DNA of 64,000 nt from a virus (IMGVR_UViG_3300009784_000001:214418-278417); one strand, 5' to 3'; shown: positions 19,082 through 30,623, numbered from the stretch's first letter. Notes: generated by a model not told the origin, from the letters alone. Numbers and translations: made by a program.

Positions 19082-22000
19082 ATGCCATTAACAGGTTTAA
19101 ATAGGATCTCACCATATATACGACAACAAATGTTGTTAAAAATAAACAATAATTTATATCCACAACAAGTTTTTAATGGTCAAACACTTACTCCAGATAT
19201 TGAAGAATATATTTCTCCAAGTGATTCTGTTAATAATAATAGACATTCGGATATTTTAACATTAACATCCAATTTGAATATTGTTAATGCAAGTGATGGA
19301 TATAGTGGAAATGTAAGGAGAGGAAATTATCAAAATCAATGGGATAAAAGAGGAGATGTAATCGAAATACCAAATATATGGGATCAAATAGAAAATCCTG
19401 ATGCTACTTTAATGAGTAATTGGAAAGATTCTAAAAGGAATCAATTCAATAGTTATCTTGATTATACCAATAGTATTTTTGGAACTCCAAGTAGTCTTGT
19501 AAATGTTATTGGAGGAATAGTTTCTGGGAATGGAGCAGGTTTATCACTTGGTGGCGGAAATGTTAGTGTTGTATCTGACTTTGATATACAGCAAACATTA
19601 GCAGGAAGAATATATTCAACAGCAACAGGTGATGATACTCCACTTGGTAAATTTGGTATGAAAGCTGCTGCCATATCAATGGCAAATAATACTTTAGCTA
19701 AAACTCAAAAAAATATTGTTGATCAAGGTGTAAATTGGTTAAAAGGGAAGTTAACATTTTGGGATAAATCAGATGATACGGATTTTGATATATCTTCAAA
19801 TTCAATTACAAATAAACCTGGTATAGTTGATGATATATTAAGTCAAACAGGTTTAGGTGGAGTTGTTAACACAGTAGCAAGTGGATTAGGATTAGGTAAT
19901 CTGTTATCCAATGTAGGGCAAAGTGTGGGAATTGGAATAGCTACTAGTCAAAATGATGGTAAATATATAGAATTGCCTTCTTCAACTTCACTATATAATG
20001 CTGATTCAGTATCTGCTTTATATGGAAAACTTGTAGTTGGTAATAATTTTGTAACAGTTCCAAATTTAAATTTTTTTCTTGATAATACTATAAAAATTTT
20101 TGATAGGAAACATAATAATGAACAATTAATTAGTTGGACTGGAAAGAAAAATGTTCTTACTCTTTATCAACATTTAAATATAAATAAATTTGGACCTGGA
20201 TATGAAAATGATAGTAGAATTAAAACAGGAGCATTAAATGTATCACAAGATTACTTAGAAAGTTTAAGAGATTATATAGGAAATATAAATCAACCACAAT
20301 TTAGTGGTAAAAGAGAAACTGAAAGATATGCAGGAGGCAATGAAGAAGGAACAGGTTCATGGATGGAAGTTGGATGGCAAGGTACTAATTCTGCTTCAAA
20401 TAATATAGAATATTTTGGTTTTGATAAGATTTTTCCAGACATAAATTATACTGATATTAACAATGGCGTTTATTATGGCTTTGATATTAATACAGGAATG
20501 AATAACAATACATTATTGGATAAAACACAGAGCTTGTTTAGAAATAGTAAAATAAATACAATAATCTCTGCATTTGGTAATGTTAGTGAAGGTATTTCAA
20601 GTATTCAATCAGCAGTAAATCCAATGTGGGGAATGTCAAAAGGAAGAAATTTATTAACAAAAGATTTTTGGGATAAAAAACTTACTGGTAGGAATTCACT
20701 TGGATATGATAATCCTTATTGTAGAGTTTGGACTTGGCATAATCAATATAGAAGATTGTCAAATCTCATCAGACCATTTTGGACGGGTCAAGATGGAGAT
20801 GGACCAGGAGAGCCAATGAAATTAAAGGATTTACATAGTTTACCTGGAATTACTGCTATAAGACCATATTTAGATAATTTTACACGTAATACTGTTTTGT
20901 TAGATAGTGGATTTGTTAAAATAGCTCCATATTATAGTGATTGGAAGAAAGCTAAAACTGCGAATGGTTTTACTGATACATTTGTTCATAGATATATGTT
21001 TTCAATAGAAAATCTTGCTTGGAAAGATATTTTACTGGAAAATAATTTATGTGCAAGTCAGATTGGTCCAAATGGTGGACGATTAATGTGGTTTGCTCCA
21101 TATAATTTGAAATTTAGTGAAGCTACAAATGTTAAAATAAATGAAGAAGATTTTATTGGTAGAGGAGAACCTGTTTATACTTATGTAAATACAGCTAGAA
21201 CAGGTAATTTGTCATTTACATTAATAGTTGATCATTCAGCTTTTATGGATTATATGGTTTTAAAAGATAATGATGCAGAAAATGATGAGCAAAGATTATT
21301 GAGATGGAATGCAGGTTGTGATATTCCTGATTTTCAAAATCCCAATAATGCAGGAAATGAACAAGCTCCTCTTAATGCTGTTCCTGTTCCACCAACAGAA
21401 CCAACAAAAGTTGATCCTGAACCAGATCAAACACCACCAGATTCTCAACCAGCTCAAAAAATTCCAGAAAAGAAAACTACTTTAACAAGAGTATATTATC
21501 CTAATGACTTTAGTGGAGTTGATGAATCAAGTGCAACAACTGCCTTGACATATGTTTATCAAGGTAATGGAAATAACATATATGGAAAAGGAGCTGGATA
21601 TGAGATGGGTGGTAATGTGACATTATCAAACTATAATACAAGTACAACAACAATGACAAGTATAGCATCAGGGCAAATTGTAAAAAATTTATTGTGTTCT
21701 GCTAAAAAAACTACACAAAATAATAGAGTTGTTATAGGTGGAGGTGGGCTTAGTCTTACACTACAAATAAAAGATGATTCTAACAATTTAATAGGTATGG
21801 CTGTAAATAGAACTGTTACAGATAAAGTATCTAATTATGGAGGAAAAGGAAATTTAGATGAGTTTTTACCAAGAGTAAAATATAAAATGGGTTATAGTTA
21901 TTGGGATATAACTAACAATGGATTAAATACACAGGAATTTGATGGTGGACGTTCTTTTAAATCTTTTTATGATGATTGTATGGCTATGCCTCCTAAATCT

Positions 22001-23203
22001 GATTTAATTGAATTATTTGTAGATGCGACTAAAGTTTATATTACAGGATATGCTAATACAGATGGTTATAATGATGATAATTCGCAATTGGCTGGTAATA
22101 GAGCAAAAACTTTATTTAAATTTATTCAGGAAACATTAGGAGGAAAAAGTGTGGATGTTGATAATCCAAATAAAGGTACAGGACAGCCTGCTACAGTTAA
22201 GAAAATATTAAATGATTTTACCAATACAGATAAATGGATCATTGGCCCAGCAGCTAAAACAGTGCAAGCAGACGTTCCAGCATGCTCTTCAGGTACAAAT
22301 TCAAAAGGAGGAAGATATGCTGATATTCAAGTTGTAATAAACCCTCCTGCTACACAAAATATACAAGATACTCCACAAGTGGGAAATGGTGGTAATATCA
22401 ATTCAAATACAGTTATAGCTGATAATAATGTTCGAGATTTTAATGTAGGTACAACTTATAAAATAAATGGTGGAAGAGGTAGATTAAGATATGATGAAGA
22501 AAGAACATTTTTTAAGGCTATTGAAAAAGATACTGATTTATTAATGAATACTTTGAAAGAAAAGATTGGTCATTTTGTACCTGCATTTCATAGTACTTCA
22601 CCTGAAGGGTTTAATGCAAGGCTTGGATTTTTACATCAGTGTACAAGGCAAGGACCAACTGTGAGTGCTACTGATGCTGATTTAATAACAGCAACCAATC
22701 TCTCTTTTGGAAGACCACCTGTTTGTGTATTAAGAATTGGAGACTTTTATCATACAAGAGTATTTATTGAATCATTGAATATTGAATTTGAGAATAATGG
22801 TGCTATTCAATGGGATTTAAATCCAGAAGGCATAGGAGTTCAGCCAATGTTTGCAAATGTATCTATGTCATTTAAATTTATGGGTGGACAAGATTTATCT
22901 GGCGCAATTAGTAGATTACAAAATGCTGTTACATTTAATTATTATGCTAATCAATCAGTTTATGATGATAGATCTGATATAATTTATAATAGAACACAAA
23001 AAAAATATGGAAGTACAAATACAAATACACAAGTAAGAGATGAAAATGGAGAACAAGAATTAAATCCCAATGATTTAGTTTTAGATAATTATTTGGAATT
23101 GTATGATCCATTTACTTATGTAAATGCAAAAGGAATACCAAAGAAAATAGAAGCTGGACCGATACAACCATTACCCCTTCCTAATCCAGTTGCTGTTCCA
23201 TAA
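19082..23203 (+). CDS. Baseplate tail-tube-initiator-like protein with an inserted OmpA-like domain
   Basis: FIGRGEPVYTY...GNLSFTL and RPPVCVLRIGDF...IESLNIEF are tube-fold motifs. ITGYA...NSQLAGNRA is an OmpA-like motif. Confidence 0.65.
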   Translation: MPLTGLNRISPYIRQQMLLKINNNLYPQQVFNGQTLTPDIEEYISPSDSVNNNRHSDILTLTSNLNIVNASDGYSGNVRRGNYQNQWDKRGDVIEIPNIWDQIENPDATLMSNWKDSKRNQFNSYLDYTNSIFGTPSSLVNVIGGIVSGNGAGLSLGGGNVSVVSDFDIQQTLAGRIYSTATGDDTPLGKFGMKAAAISMANNTLAKTQKNIVDQGVNWLKGKLTFWDKSDDTDFDISSNSITNKPGIVDDILSQTGLGGVVNTVASGLGLGNLLSNVGQSVGIGIATSQNDGKYIELPSSTSLYNADSVSALYGKLVVGNNFVTVPNLNFFLDNTIKIFDRKHNNEQLISWTGKKNVLTLYQHLNINKFGPGYENDSRIKTGALNVSQDYLESLRDYIGNINQPQFSGKRETERYAGGNEEGTGSWMEVGWQGTNSASNNIEYFGFDKIFPDINYTDINNGVYYGFDINTGMNNNTLLDKTQSLFRNSKINTIISAFGNVSEGISSIQSAVNPMWGMSKGRNLLTKDFWDKKLTGRNSLGYDNPYCRVWTWHNQYRRLSNLIRPFWTGQDGDGPGEPMKLKDLHSLPGITAIRPYLDNFTRNTVLLDSGFVKIAPYYSDWKKAKTANGFTDTFVHRYMFSIENLAWKDILLENNLCASQIGPNGGRLMWFAPYNLKFSEATNVKINEEDFIGRGEPVYTYVNTARTGNLSFTLIVDHSAFMDYMVLKDNDAENDEQRLLRWNAGCDIPDFQNPNNAGNEQAPLNAVPVPPTEPTKVDPEPDQTPPDSQPAQKIPEKKTTLTRVYYPNDFSGVDESSATTALTYVYQGNGNNIYGKGAGYEMGGNVTLSNYNTSTTTMTSIASGQIVKNLLCSAKKTTQNNRVVIGGGGLSLTLQIKDDSNNLIGMAVNRTVTDKVSNYGGKGNLDEFLPRVKYKMGYSYWDITNNGLNTQEFDGGRSFKSFYDDCMAMPPKSDLIELFVDATKVYITGYANTDGYNDDNSQLAGNRAKTLFKFIQETLGGKSVDVDNPNKGTGQPATVKKILNDFTNTDKWIIGPAAKTVQADVPACSSGTNSKGGRYADIQVVINPPATQNIQDTPQVGNGGNINSNTVIADNNVRDFNVGTTYKINGGRGRLRYDEERTFFKAIEKDTDLLMNTLKEKIGHFVPAFHSTSPEGFNARLGFLHQCTRQGPTVSATDADLITATNLSFGRPPVCVLRIGDFYHTRVFIESLNIEFENNGAIQWDLNPEGIGVQPMFANVSMSFKFMGGQDLSGAISRLQNAVTFNYYANQSVYDDRSDIIYNRTQKKYGSTNTNTQVRDENGEQELNPNDLVLDNYLELYDPFTYVNAKGIPKKIEAGPIQPLPLPNPVAVP

Positions 23204-23279
23204 ACTTTAAGAAATCCATTAAACCCATAAAAATAAAACTTGTTTAATTTGAATAAAATATTAATTTATAAATAAAAAA

Positions 23280-23597
23280 ATGTCATATTTACGATATGGT
23301 GGTGTAGCAGAAAGTGGTAGGGTAGAAATTTTGCCTTATCTTAAAATAGATAAAAGAAATACTGATATGTATGAACAATACATACTTGGAGATACTAGAC
23401 TTGATTTACTTTCATATAAATATTATGCAGATTCAAACTATGATTGGTTAATATTATTAGCTAATCCTGATTTAGCTAATATGGAATTTGAAATTGAAGA
23501 TGGAAATATATTGCGTATTCCTTATCCATTGGAAGTAGCATTAAATAGTTTTGAAAATAAATTAAATAGATATAAAAATTTATACGGATTTAGTTAA
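23280..23597 (+). CDS. LysM-like baseplate wedge protein (T4 gp53 / P2 gpX-like)
   Basis: GDTRLDLLSYKYY...WLILLANP...GNILRIP. Confidence 0.85.
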   Translation: MSYLRYGGVAESGRVEILPYLKIDKRNTDMYEQYILGDTRLDLLSYKYYADSNYDWLILLANPDLANMEFEIEDGNILRIPYPLEVALNSFENKLNRYKNLYGFS

Positions 23598-23599
23598 AT

Positions 23600-26500
23600 A
23601 TGGCTACACAACCAAGTACAAATAATAAAATAATTTTTTGGGATCCAAATGATAGTATGGGTGAAGGGCTTGTTCATCATCCAGAAGATTTATCAATATC
23701 AGTTCAATTATTGGTTACAGTTCCAGAAGAAAAGGGTGAAACAGATGGTAAATATTTTTGTATTGAATGGGTTCCAAGTGAGAAAAAAAATGCAGGAAAA
23801 TTAATTAGTTTCTTTAGTGGTAAAAATGTTGGCGGTTTGAATGTTTTAACTGATTTTTATAGTGATGTTAGTTATAATTCATCAAAAGATGGTAACATAC
23901 AAGAAGCATTAGGTATTTCTTCAATAAATATAGAATACGATTCATGGTATTTACCTCAAATTACTATTAATTTTATAGATATTAGAGGATTATCATTAAT
24001 GAATCCTGCACAGTATGCGTATAATGTACAAAGCAAAGTTGCTGGTAGTTTTTTTAAGGCATTATTTACTATTCCATATCCATTGTTTAAATTACAGGTA
24101 AAAGGGTTTTATGGAGATGCAGTAACTTATGACTTGCAATGTTGGGATGTTCGTAGCACATTAAATGCAGACACAGGGAATGTTGATATTGTTGCTAAAT
24201 TTGTTGGTTATACATATGCTTTTTTTGCTGATGTTCAATTTGATTTTATTAAGAGTGCGCCTTTTAACAAATATGGTGGTGAAACATATTGGGCAGAACA
24301 AGTAAATAATGGAAGATTTAAGTTAGATGGAACTGTTCCTATTCCAAATTTACCTGAATTAGAACATACTATTCAAGTTACAGTTGCAATGGCTGAAAAG
24401 TTAGAAACTGATGCTGATTTAAAAGATTATAATGTAGCTAACAATGGTTTAGATTTACTTAATGCAGCATATGTAACATTTGAAAATTATATAATTCAAT
24501 GTAATAAATTTGTTTCAAATCGAATACTAGGTGGAAATAGAGATACTGAAAATATTGTGAAATATTATGTCCCATCTGTATCAGAATTAGAAAATTTATT
24601 AAATGGTGATAAAGAATATCAAGATTCATTGAAAAGTTTAAAAGATGCTATAAATGTTTACAATACTTCTGAAGCAGGCACTAAAATTTCATCACTTGTA
24701 TTTCCTGGTGATAGTGAAGCTAATTGTGGTATAATAAATCATGGAGAACTTACTAAAATTGATGTTGAAGAGGCATATAGAATTGTAAGTGTTGGAGGAA
24801 AAGAAGAAAAAATATTAAATCAAGATATATTGAGTTTAGATTATAGTAATTTTATTACTTCGAGAACAAAAGCAAGGGATTTAATAGATAAAACAAGAAC
24901 TGATGGTGCATTAGCTTCTCAATCCAAGTTAGATGCTGTTATGGAGAAAAATGTAACATTTAGACCAACAATAAAGAATATTTTAAAGATATTTTTTGCT
25001 CATTTTGAAACCTTTTTTCAAGATTATTTTAAATGTATTGATTATATTAATACAAATCCTAGAAATGGTTCAAATCCAAAATTTAGAGGTATTATAGATG
25101 TTGAAAATCAGACCTTATTAAATACTCATACAGGTAATATAGATTTACCTCCATTTTTTCATATTTTTATGAAAGATGATAAGAAAACAGAAACATGGAT
25201 TGGAGATGATAATATTGGTGTTATTAATAAAGAAGATTTTGAAGAAGTTAAATATATAACATTATATACAGATTCCTTAACTGCTTATGGAAAAAGAGAA
25301 GATGAATTAGGAGCTTCTTCTAATATGTCTTATGATGATACATTTTGGTTTCCTATTAATCCATTTGATATAAGTGCTAAAATTGTAAATAATGGGGTTC
25401 ACTTAAATAATCCATATAATGTTTTTAAAACTTCTGATGCTAATTCTGATTTTTATAATGTTGTAACTCAAATTGGGATTAGAATGTTCTTTGGATTAAG
25501 TACATATGATGGAAAAAAACTTTCTGATGAAATTATAAAAGCTATTTCAAAAGCAGAAGCATTAAACATTTATAATATTCTTGGAAATAATAAGGATATG
25601 ATGGCTCATTTTAAACTTGATACAGTTTCAAATGAAATACTAGCTTTATTGCAAGGTAATAGAGATTCTAATAATAAATTTTTAATTGATATTAATATAG
25701 ATCAAAAATTAAGTGGAGTTACAGATAAATCAGATGTATTTCATCCTTTAGCTAGAGTTTTTTCTAGTTCCACTGGTGGAAATTATGTGTATGATTTTAT
25801 AGTTGGAAAAAGTAATATAGATTTTTCAGTTTTACCTTTATTTTCTGCATTAGTTGGAGATTATAATGCTAATGAACAGATTAAAGTAGTTTCTAAAGGT
25901 CAAGCTAATTATAATGCTGGTGTTCCATTATTAGTTAATAAAGAAACAACTTGGAGTGGGGCTAAAAATGCTTTTTTTTCTATTCAAAAATATACAAAAG
26001 ATATTGATAGATTGAAAGATAAAGTAAGTACTGAAGATGCTGATATTGGGCATACTTTAGTTGGACTTTGGTTTTTAGGGGTTGATGATTCAGTTTCATT
26101 ATTTAATAGTAATTTACCTACAGTTTCAAGTTATAAGAATAAAGCAAAACTTATGGAAGGAGATAATTCATATAGAACTATTCCTATGATAACTGATGAA
26201 AATAGAACAAAAAGCACTTCTATTTCCAATGCTTTTTTAAATCTTAGTACTTCTGCTATACAATTTTATGAAAGTGGTCAAAATCTTGATGTTACATTAA
26301 AAGAATTAAGAAATAGTGATTATTCTTCTTATATATTACAAAACATAAGTTTTATTGATAATAAGGGGAATATAAGAAGTTTGTTTGGGGATAAAATTTA
26401 TTATTTACAGAATAATAAATTGTTATTAAATAATTTTACTGATAAAGATGAACAAGAGAGAAGTATATGTGCTAAAGCAGCTTTATTTGTTAATTGTTTA

Positions 26501-29020
26501 GGAATTGATATTGAAAAATTAAATAGTTTAATTGGCAACATTAATAATCCTTCAATAATAAGAATACCAAAAATAGCTATTTTATTAATTGGTTCATATC
26601 TTTGGAGAAGTAAATTTGAAATATATAAAGGAATTGATCCAATAACAACAGATAAAGATGATGTTATAAAAACTGGCGGAGCAACCAATACACTTTTATT
26701 TAAGGGAGATGATACTACTAAAGTATTTTCAAACATTTATACTTCAATAAGAGCAAATCTTATACCAGGATGGAATTTTACTGATTTTCTTAAGAGAGAT
26801 ACTACTTATACTTTTAAATTTAGAACGAGTGTTGTAGATATAATAATTGATTATTTTCAGAATTGGGCTATTAATGAATATCCCTTAATAGAAAAGAATT
26901 TTAGATTATTTGATGTTGGTGGGAATTTTAATATATCTTATGATTCATTTGGTACAACTGACAGTATAACAACTGCACAAATACAAACTATATTTGGAGT
27001 AGATATTTTCAATAGTTATAATTTTATTATAAAAACAAATAGTAATTCAAATTACAAGGGTTTTGTTTTAATAAATAAAATTGGCTCAGATGGTGTTAAT
27101 TTATTAATGGATTTATATAAACAAGATGTTTTATTAATAAACACTTATTTTGATATTTTCAATTATGATAATGATAAGAATATTAAACCTGGCATTAAGT
27201 TTGAAATATCAACTTCTTATGTAACGTCTTATTTAACAAATTTATCAGAAGAATTAAGGAAATTATTAGGAGTTAGTCAGCCTGATGTGAAAAAAAATGA
27301 AGATCCTTCTCTTCCTATAAAAACACCATCAAATAAAGATGCGAATATTGAAAAGTATCAAAAGTTTAGATTATTATATGATAAATGGTGTAGAAAACCA
27401 ACCACAAAGAATGATTTCTTAATGGAAGTTTATTTAGGGAGGCAAGATGGAACTCCACCTGCTGGATTAAATAATATAATGGAAGGTAGTATTAAAATAA
27501 TTGATAAATTTTATAGAGATATATCTGATGAATATATTGTTAATTTAGAAATATTAAAGAATATACTTGAATTAGTAAAGGGTAATCCTAATTTTACATT
27601 TCTTTCATTTTTATCAAAATTATTTTCTGATTTACAAATGATGTTTATTCCAACTCCTAATAGCATTGATTTTACAAAAGTAGAAAATTTGCAAAAGATG
27701 TTTGAGCCAATTCCATATAGAAATAAAACATGGGTAAAACAATTCCCTTCTTATACAGCTATATATACAGGAAAACCTTCTGAAATACCTGATGATGGGA
27801 CTACTAATTTTAAATCGGATGCTTTACATATATATAGAGATAATGGTCAAACTGTATGTAATGCACCTGGCGCTAATAATGGAACATATCATTTGCCTTG
27901 TTTTGCAGTTTCTTATGGTAAGCAAAATCAATCTTATTTCAAAATTGCACAATTAACTAATACAAATCCTACTATTACTGAACAATCTATTAATGCACAA
28001 TTAGAAATTGCACATACTTCAGTAGAAAGTGGAACTCAGAAAATGAATAGTGGTCAAAGTTTATATTCAATATATGCTTCAAACGCATATATGGTTGAAA
28101 TTGAAATGATGGGATGCGCCCAGATACAACCATTAATGTATTTTCAATTATTTAATGTATATCTTTTTACTGGTGCTTATATGATATTTAAAATGAGTCA
28201 TAATATTACACCTGGTAGAATGGTAACAAGATTTACAGGTATTAGACAAAGTACTATATATCCATATATGTCAACACAGGCTTTTTCATTTCAAAATGTT
28301 ATTGGTAAAGATGGTAGTAATCTTGGAGAATTTATACAAAGTGTTGATTATAAGTATAATGCTTATGCTACATCTGGAGCAAAAAGTAATATTGATATAC
28401 AAAAAGAGTATAGGAGATTTGGTGGTATTTATGGACCAAGTAGTATTGCTATTAAGGATGATAATTATGTCAGTGAATCTTTGATGGATGTAAAAATTGG
28501 TAAATATTATACTTTATATGAAATGATAGCGACTATGATGTCTAATACAGGAAGTGTTAGAACAACTGCAAGAAGACAAATGCCTAAAGAAATTTATGAT
28601 CACTATGTAGTTTTTATTCCATATTTGGATAAAGTTAGGGATTATATTAAGACAACATGGGGCGATGATCATAATTTGAGATTACATTCAGTATGGAGAC
28701 ATAGAGATAATGGTAATACAAGTACATTTCATGGATATGGTAAGGCTGCTGATTTTACAGTATTCAAAAATGGAATGTCAGGTGCTGATTTTGTGGCTAA
28801 AAATAATACTTTGTATGAATATTTGAGAACTCAATTTCCTGATAGAGGGCATATAAGTGAATTATTGAAAGAAGGGGCGACAGGAGAGTTTACAACTGAT
28901 TATAGAGGATGGATACATATGGCTATTATAGGTTTTGATTATCCAAATAAACCAATAGTATGTTCTGCCTATGCTAAAAATAGTAAATGTATTGAAGGAA
29001 AATATTATAGAATAACTTAA
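23600..29020 (+). CDS. Baseplate hub-like protein with a C-terminal M15 Zn peptidase
   Basis: Hub-like N-terminus (GISSINIEY..PQITINFIDIRG) and late motif IEMMGCAQIQP...GAYMI...HNITPG. C-terminal SVWR...FHGYGKAADF...WIH. Confidence 0.7.
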   Translation: MATQPSTNNKIIFWDPNDSMGEGLVHHPEDLSISVQLLVTVPEEKGETDGKYFCIEWVPSEKKNAGKLISFFSGKNVGGLNVLTDFYSDVSYNSSKDGNIQEALGISSINIEYDSWYLPQITINFIDIRGLSLMNPAQYAYNVQSKVAGSFFKALFTIPYPLFKLQVKGFYGDAVTYDLQCWDVRSTLNADTGNVDIVAKFVGYTYAFFADVQFDFIKSAPFNKYGGETYWAEQVNNGRFKLDGTVPIPNLPELEHTIQVTVAMAEKLETDADLKDYNVANNGLDLLNAAYVTFENYIIQCNKFVSNRILGGNRDTENIVKYYVPSVSELENLLNGDKEYQDSLKSLKDAINVYNTSEAGTKISSLVFPGDSEANCGIINHGELTKIDVEEAYRIVSVGGKEEKILNQDILSLDYSNFITSRTKARDLIDKTRTDGALASQSKLDAVMEKNVTFRPTIKNILKIFFAHFETFFQDYFKCIDYINTNPRNGSNPKFRGIIDVENQTLLNTHTGNIDLPPFFHIFMKDDKKTETWIGDDNIGVINKEDFEEVKYITLYTDSLTAYGKREDELGASSNMSYDDTFWFPINPFDISAKIVNNGVHLNNPYNVFKTSDANSDFYNVVTQIGIRMFFGLSTYDGKKLSDEIIKAISKAEALNIYNILGNNKDMMAHFKLDTVSNEILALLQGNRDSNNKFLIDINIDQKLSGVTDKSDVFHPLARVFSSSTGGNYVYDFIVGKSNIDFSVLPLFSALVGDYNANEQIKVVSKGQANYNAGVPLLVNKETTWSGAKNAFFSIQKYTKDIDRLKDKVSTEDADIGHTLVGLWFLGVDDSVSLFNSNLPTVSSYKNKAKLMEGDNSYRTIPMITDENRTKSTSISNAFLNLSTSAIQFYESGQNLDVTLKELRNSDYSSYILQNISFIDNKGNIRSLFGDKIYYLQNNKLLLNNFTDKDEQERSICAKAALFVNCLGIDIEKLNSLIGNINNPSIIRIPKIAILLIGSYLWRSKFEIYKGIDPITTDKDDVIKTGGATNTLLFKGDDTTKVFSNIYTSIRANLIPGWNFTDFLKRDTTYTFKFRTSVVDIIIDYFQNWAINEYPLIEKNFRLFDVGGNFNISYDSFGTTDSITTAQIQTIFGVDIFNSYNFIIKTNSNSNYKGFVLINKIGSDGVNLLMDLYKQDVLLINTYFDIFNYDNDKNIKPGIKFEISTSYVTSYLTNLSEELRKLLGVSQPDVKKNEDPSLPIKTPSNKDANIEKYQKFRLLYDKWCRKPTTKNDFLMEVYLGRQDGTPPAGLNNIMEGSIKIIDKFYRDISDEYIVNLEILKNILELVKGNPNFTFLSFLSKLFSDLQMMFIPTPNSIDFTKVENLQKMFEPIPYRNKTWVKQFPSYTAIYTGKPSEIPDDGTTNFKSDALHIYRDNGQTVCNAPGANNGTYHLPCFAVSYGKQNQSYFKIAQLTNTNPTITEQSINAQLEIAHTSVESGTQKMNSGQSLYSIYASNAYMVEIEMMGCAQIQPLMYFQLFNVYLFTGAYMIFKMSHNITPGRMVTRFTGIRQSTIYPYMSTQAFSFQNVIGKDGSNLGEFIQSVDYKYNAYATSGAKSNIDIQKEYRRFGGIYGPSSIAIKDDNYVSESLMDVKIGKYYTLYEMIATMMSNTGSVRTTARRQMPKEIYDHYVVFIPYLDKVRDYIKTTWGDDHNLRLHSVWRHRDNGNTSTFHGYGKAADFTVFKNGMSGADFVAKNNTLYEYLRTQFPDRGHISELLKEGATGEFTTDYRGWIHMAIIGFDYPNKPIVCSAYAKNSKCIEGKYYRIT

Positions 29021-29057
29021 TTTTTTAGTTCTGATAAAAAAATAATATATTTGTTTT

Positions 29058-29657
29058 ATGAAAATTGCAAATATAGTTATTGACAAAGGGCGAAAGTTAT
29101 TAAATGATGAAAGTTTTATATTTGTTACAAGTGAATTACCAGAAAATATTACATCTCCTACATTGATAGTAGGTTGGGAATTAGTTAAAAGATTATTTCC
29201 TAATCAATCTATATTAGATAAAAAAATAAAAGACAATTTATTTTGGACTTTTACAAAGAATGAAAAGAGAGTTGAATATGATAAAGATATTATTGCTTTT
29301 TACAGATTAATATTAGATAATATAATATTGAATAATCTTGAATATTACTTTTTTGATATTTTTAAAGTTTCATTATTTAAAATTAAGAATTTAATTAATT
29401 TGATTAAGTCTGATATAGATAAGCATATTTATATATATGCTAGTTCATTTATATATTTATATTATGAAAAATATGTTATTGGTATTTCAATAGAAGATTT
29501 GGAATATATAGGAGTTAGTAAAGATAAAATACTTAAATTATTATATAAGAATAAATTTAATCATATATTTTATAATACTGATTTTATATCAATGAATATT
29601 TGGAAAGTTGTTAGTTATAACAAAGTAATAATTCCTTACTTGCATTCAATATTGTAA
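29058..29657 (+). CDS. Hypothetical protein
   Basis: PTLIVGWE...FWTF. TATATTTG lies 4 nt before the ATG. Confidence 0.65.
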   Translation: MKIANIVIDKGRKLLNDESFIFVTSELPENITSPTLIVGWELVKRLFPNQSILDKKIKDNLFWTFTKNEKRVEYDKDIIAFYRLILDNIILNNLEYYFFDIFKVSLFKIKNLINLIKSDIDKHIYIYASSFIYLYYEKYVIGISIEDLEYIGVSKDKILKLLYKNKFNHIFYNTDFISMNIWKVVSYNKVIIPYLHSIL

Positions 29658-29667
29658 AAATTGTTTA

Positions 29668-30153
29668 ATGTTTGTAATGAAGGAAAAAGCAAACATTAAA
29701 ACAGTTAGTATGTTAGATGAAAAAATAATTTTAGCCTTTTTTATTAAAGTGAATAAAATTGAAAGTTTTATTTCTTTTATTAAAAAGAAATATAATATAG
29801 AAAAAAATGATATATATCTTTATAATGTTCAAGGGAATAATGATGAATATTTAATTACTTTTAGATTTGATAAGTGTGATAAATTTCTTGAACATAAGGA
29901 TTATGGGAAGCCAATTCATATACATGTTAAATATTCTTGTTTATTTTCTATAAATGCTTTGAATAAATATATTGAATTAAATAATGAGGATATTGAAAAA
30001 GGTAATTTTAATTATAAGCAATTTAAAATAGATTGGGATAAGTTGAAAAATAAGCTGTTATTGATTAAAAATAATAATTTAAAAATAGATACTTTGGTTA
30101 AAGTAAAAGATTTAGCAAAGTATTTTGTAAATAATGATATTTATAATAAATAA
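29668..30153 (+). CDS. Hypothetical protein
   Basis: Packed ORF with an IH...LFSINALN segment. Confidence 0.65.
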   Translation: MFVMKEKANIKTVSMLDEKIILAFFIKVNKIESFISFIKKKYNIEKNDIYLYNVQGNNDEYLITFRFDKCDKFLEHKDYGKPIHIHVKYSCLFSINALNKYIELNNEDIEKGNFNYKQFKIDWDKLKNKLLLIKNNNLKIDTLVKVKDLAKYFVNNDIYNK

Positions 30154-30156
30154 AAG

Positions 30157-30420
30157 ATGGGTAGTAGATTAAATAATATTGAGAAGAGAAAACAAGTAGA
30201 TTACAAACCTAAATATGTTAATAAACTTGTTGTAATAAAAAGAGCTGGTGAAGCAGGATCTGTTATTGCTCCTATTGAAGTTAAAACAACAGATTACTCA
30301 TTAGTAACTAATTGGGAAGAAGAAAAACCTGTTAAAAAAATAGGAAAAAAGAAAAAGGAAGAAGATGCAATTGAAGAGCCTTCTGTATCTGAAATTGAAG
30401 AAATAAATGAACAAAATTAA
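30157..30420 (+). CDS. Hypothetical late protein
   Basis: ORF preceded by TATTTATA (30138). Confidence 0.6.
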   Translation: MGSRLNNIEKRKQVDYKPKYVNKLVVIKRAGEAGSVIAPIEVKTTDYSLVTNWEEEKPVKKIGKKKKEEDAIEEPSVSEIEEINEQN

Positions 30421-30425
30421 ATATT

Positions 30426-30617
30426 ATGAAAAATCTAAATGAAAATCAAGAAATATTGGAAAGGCTAGATGATTTATTAAGTAAACCAATGTTGAATAGT
30501 TATAATCAGAGAGATATTAAAAGAGTAAAAAATACTACAGATAGAGGATTAATTGAACGTGTTAAGAGTTCAAAAGCTATTCTTACTGAGGACAATAAGA
30601 TTTTGCTTTCAGACTAA
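30426..30617 (+). CDS. Small hypothetical protein
   Basis: Packed ORF, GLIERV...ILTEDNKILLSD. Confidence 0.6.
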   Translation: MKNLNENQEILERLDDLLSKPMLNSYNQRDIKRVKNTTDRGLIERVKSSKAILTEDNKILLSD

Positions 30618-30623
30618 TATAAA

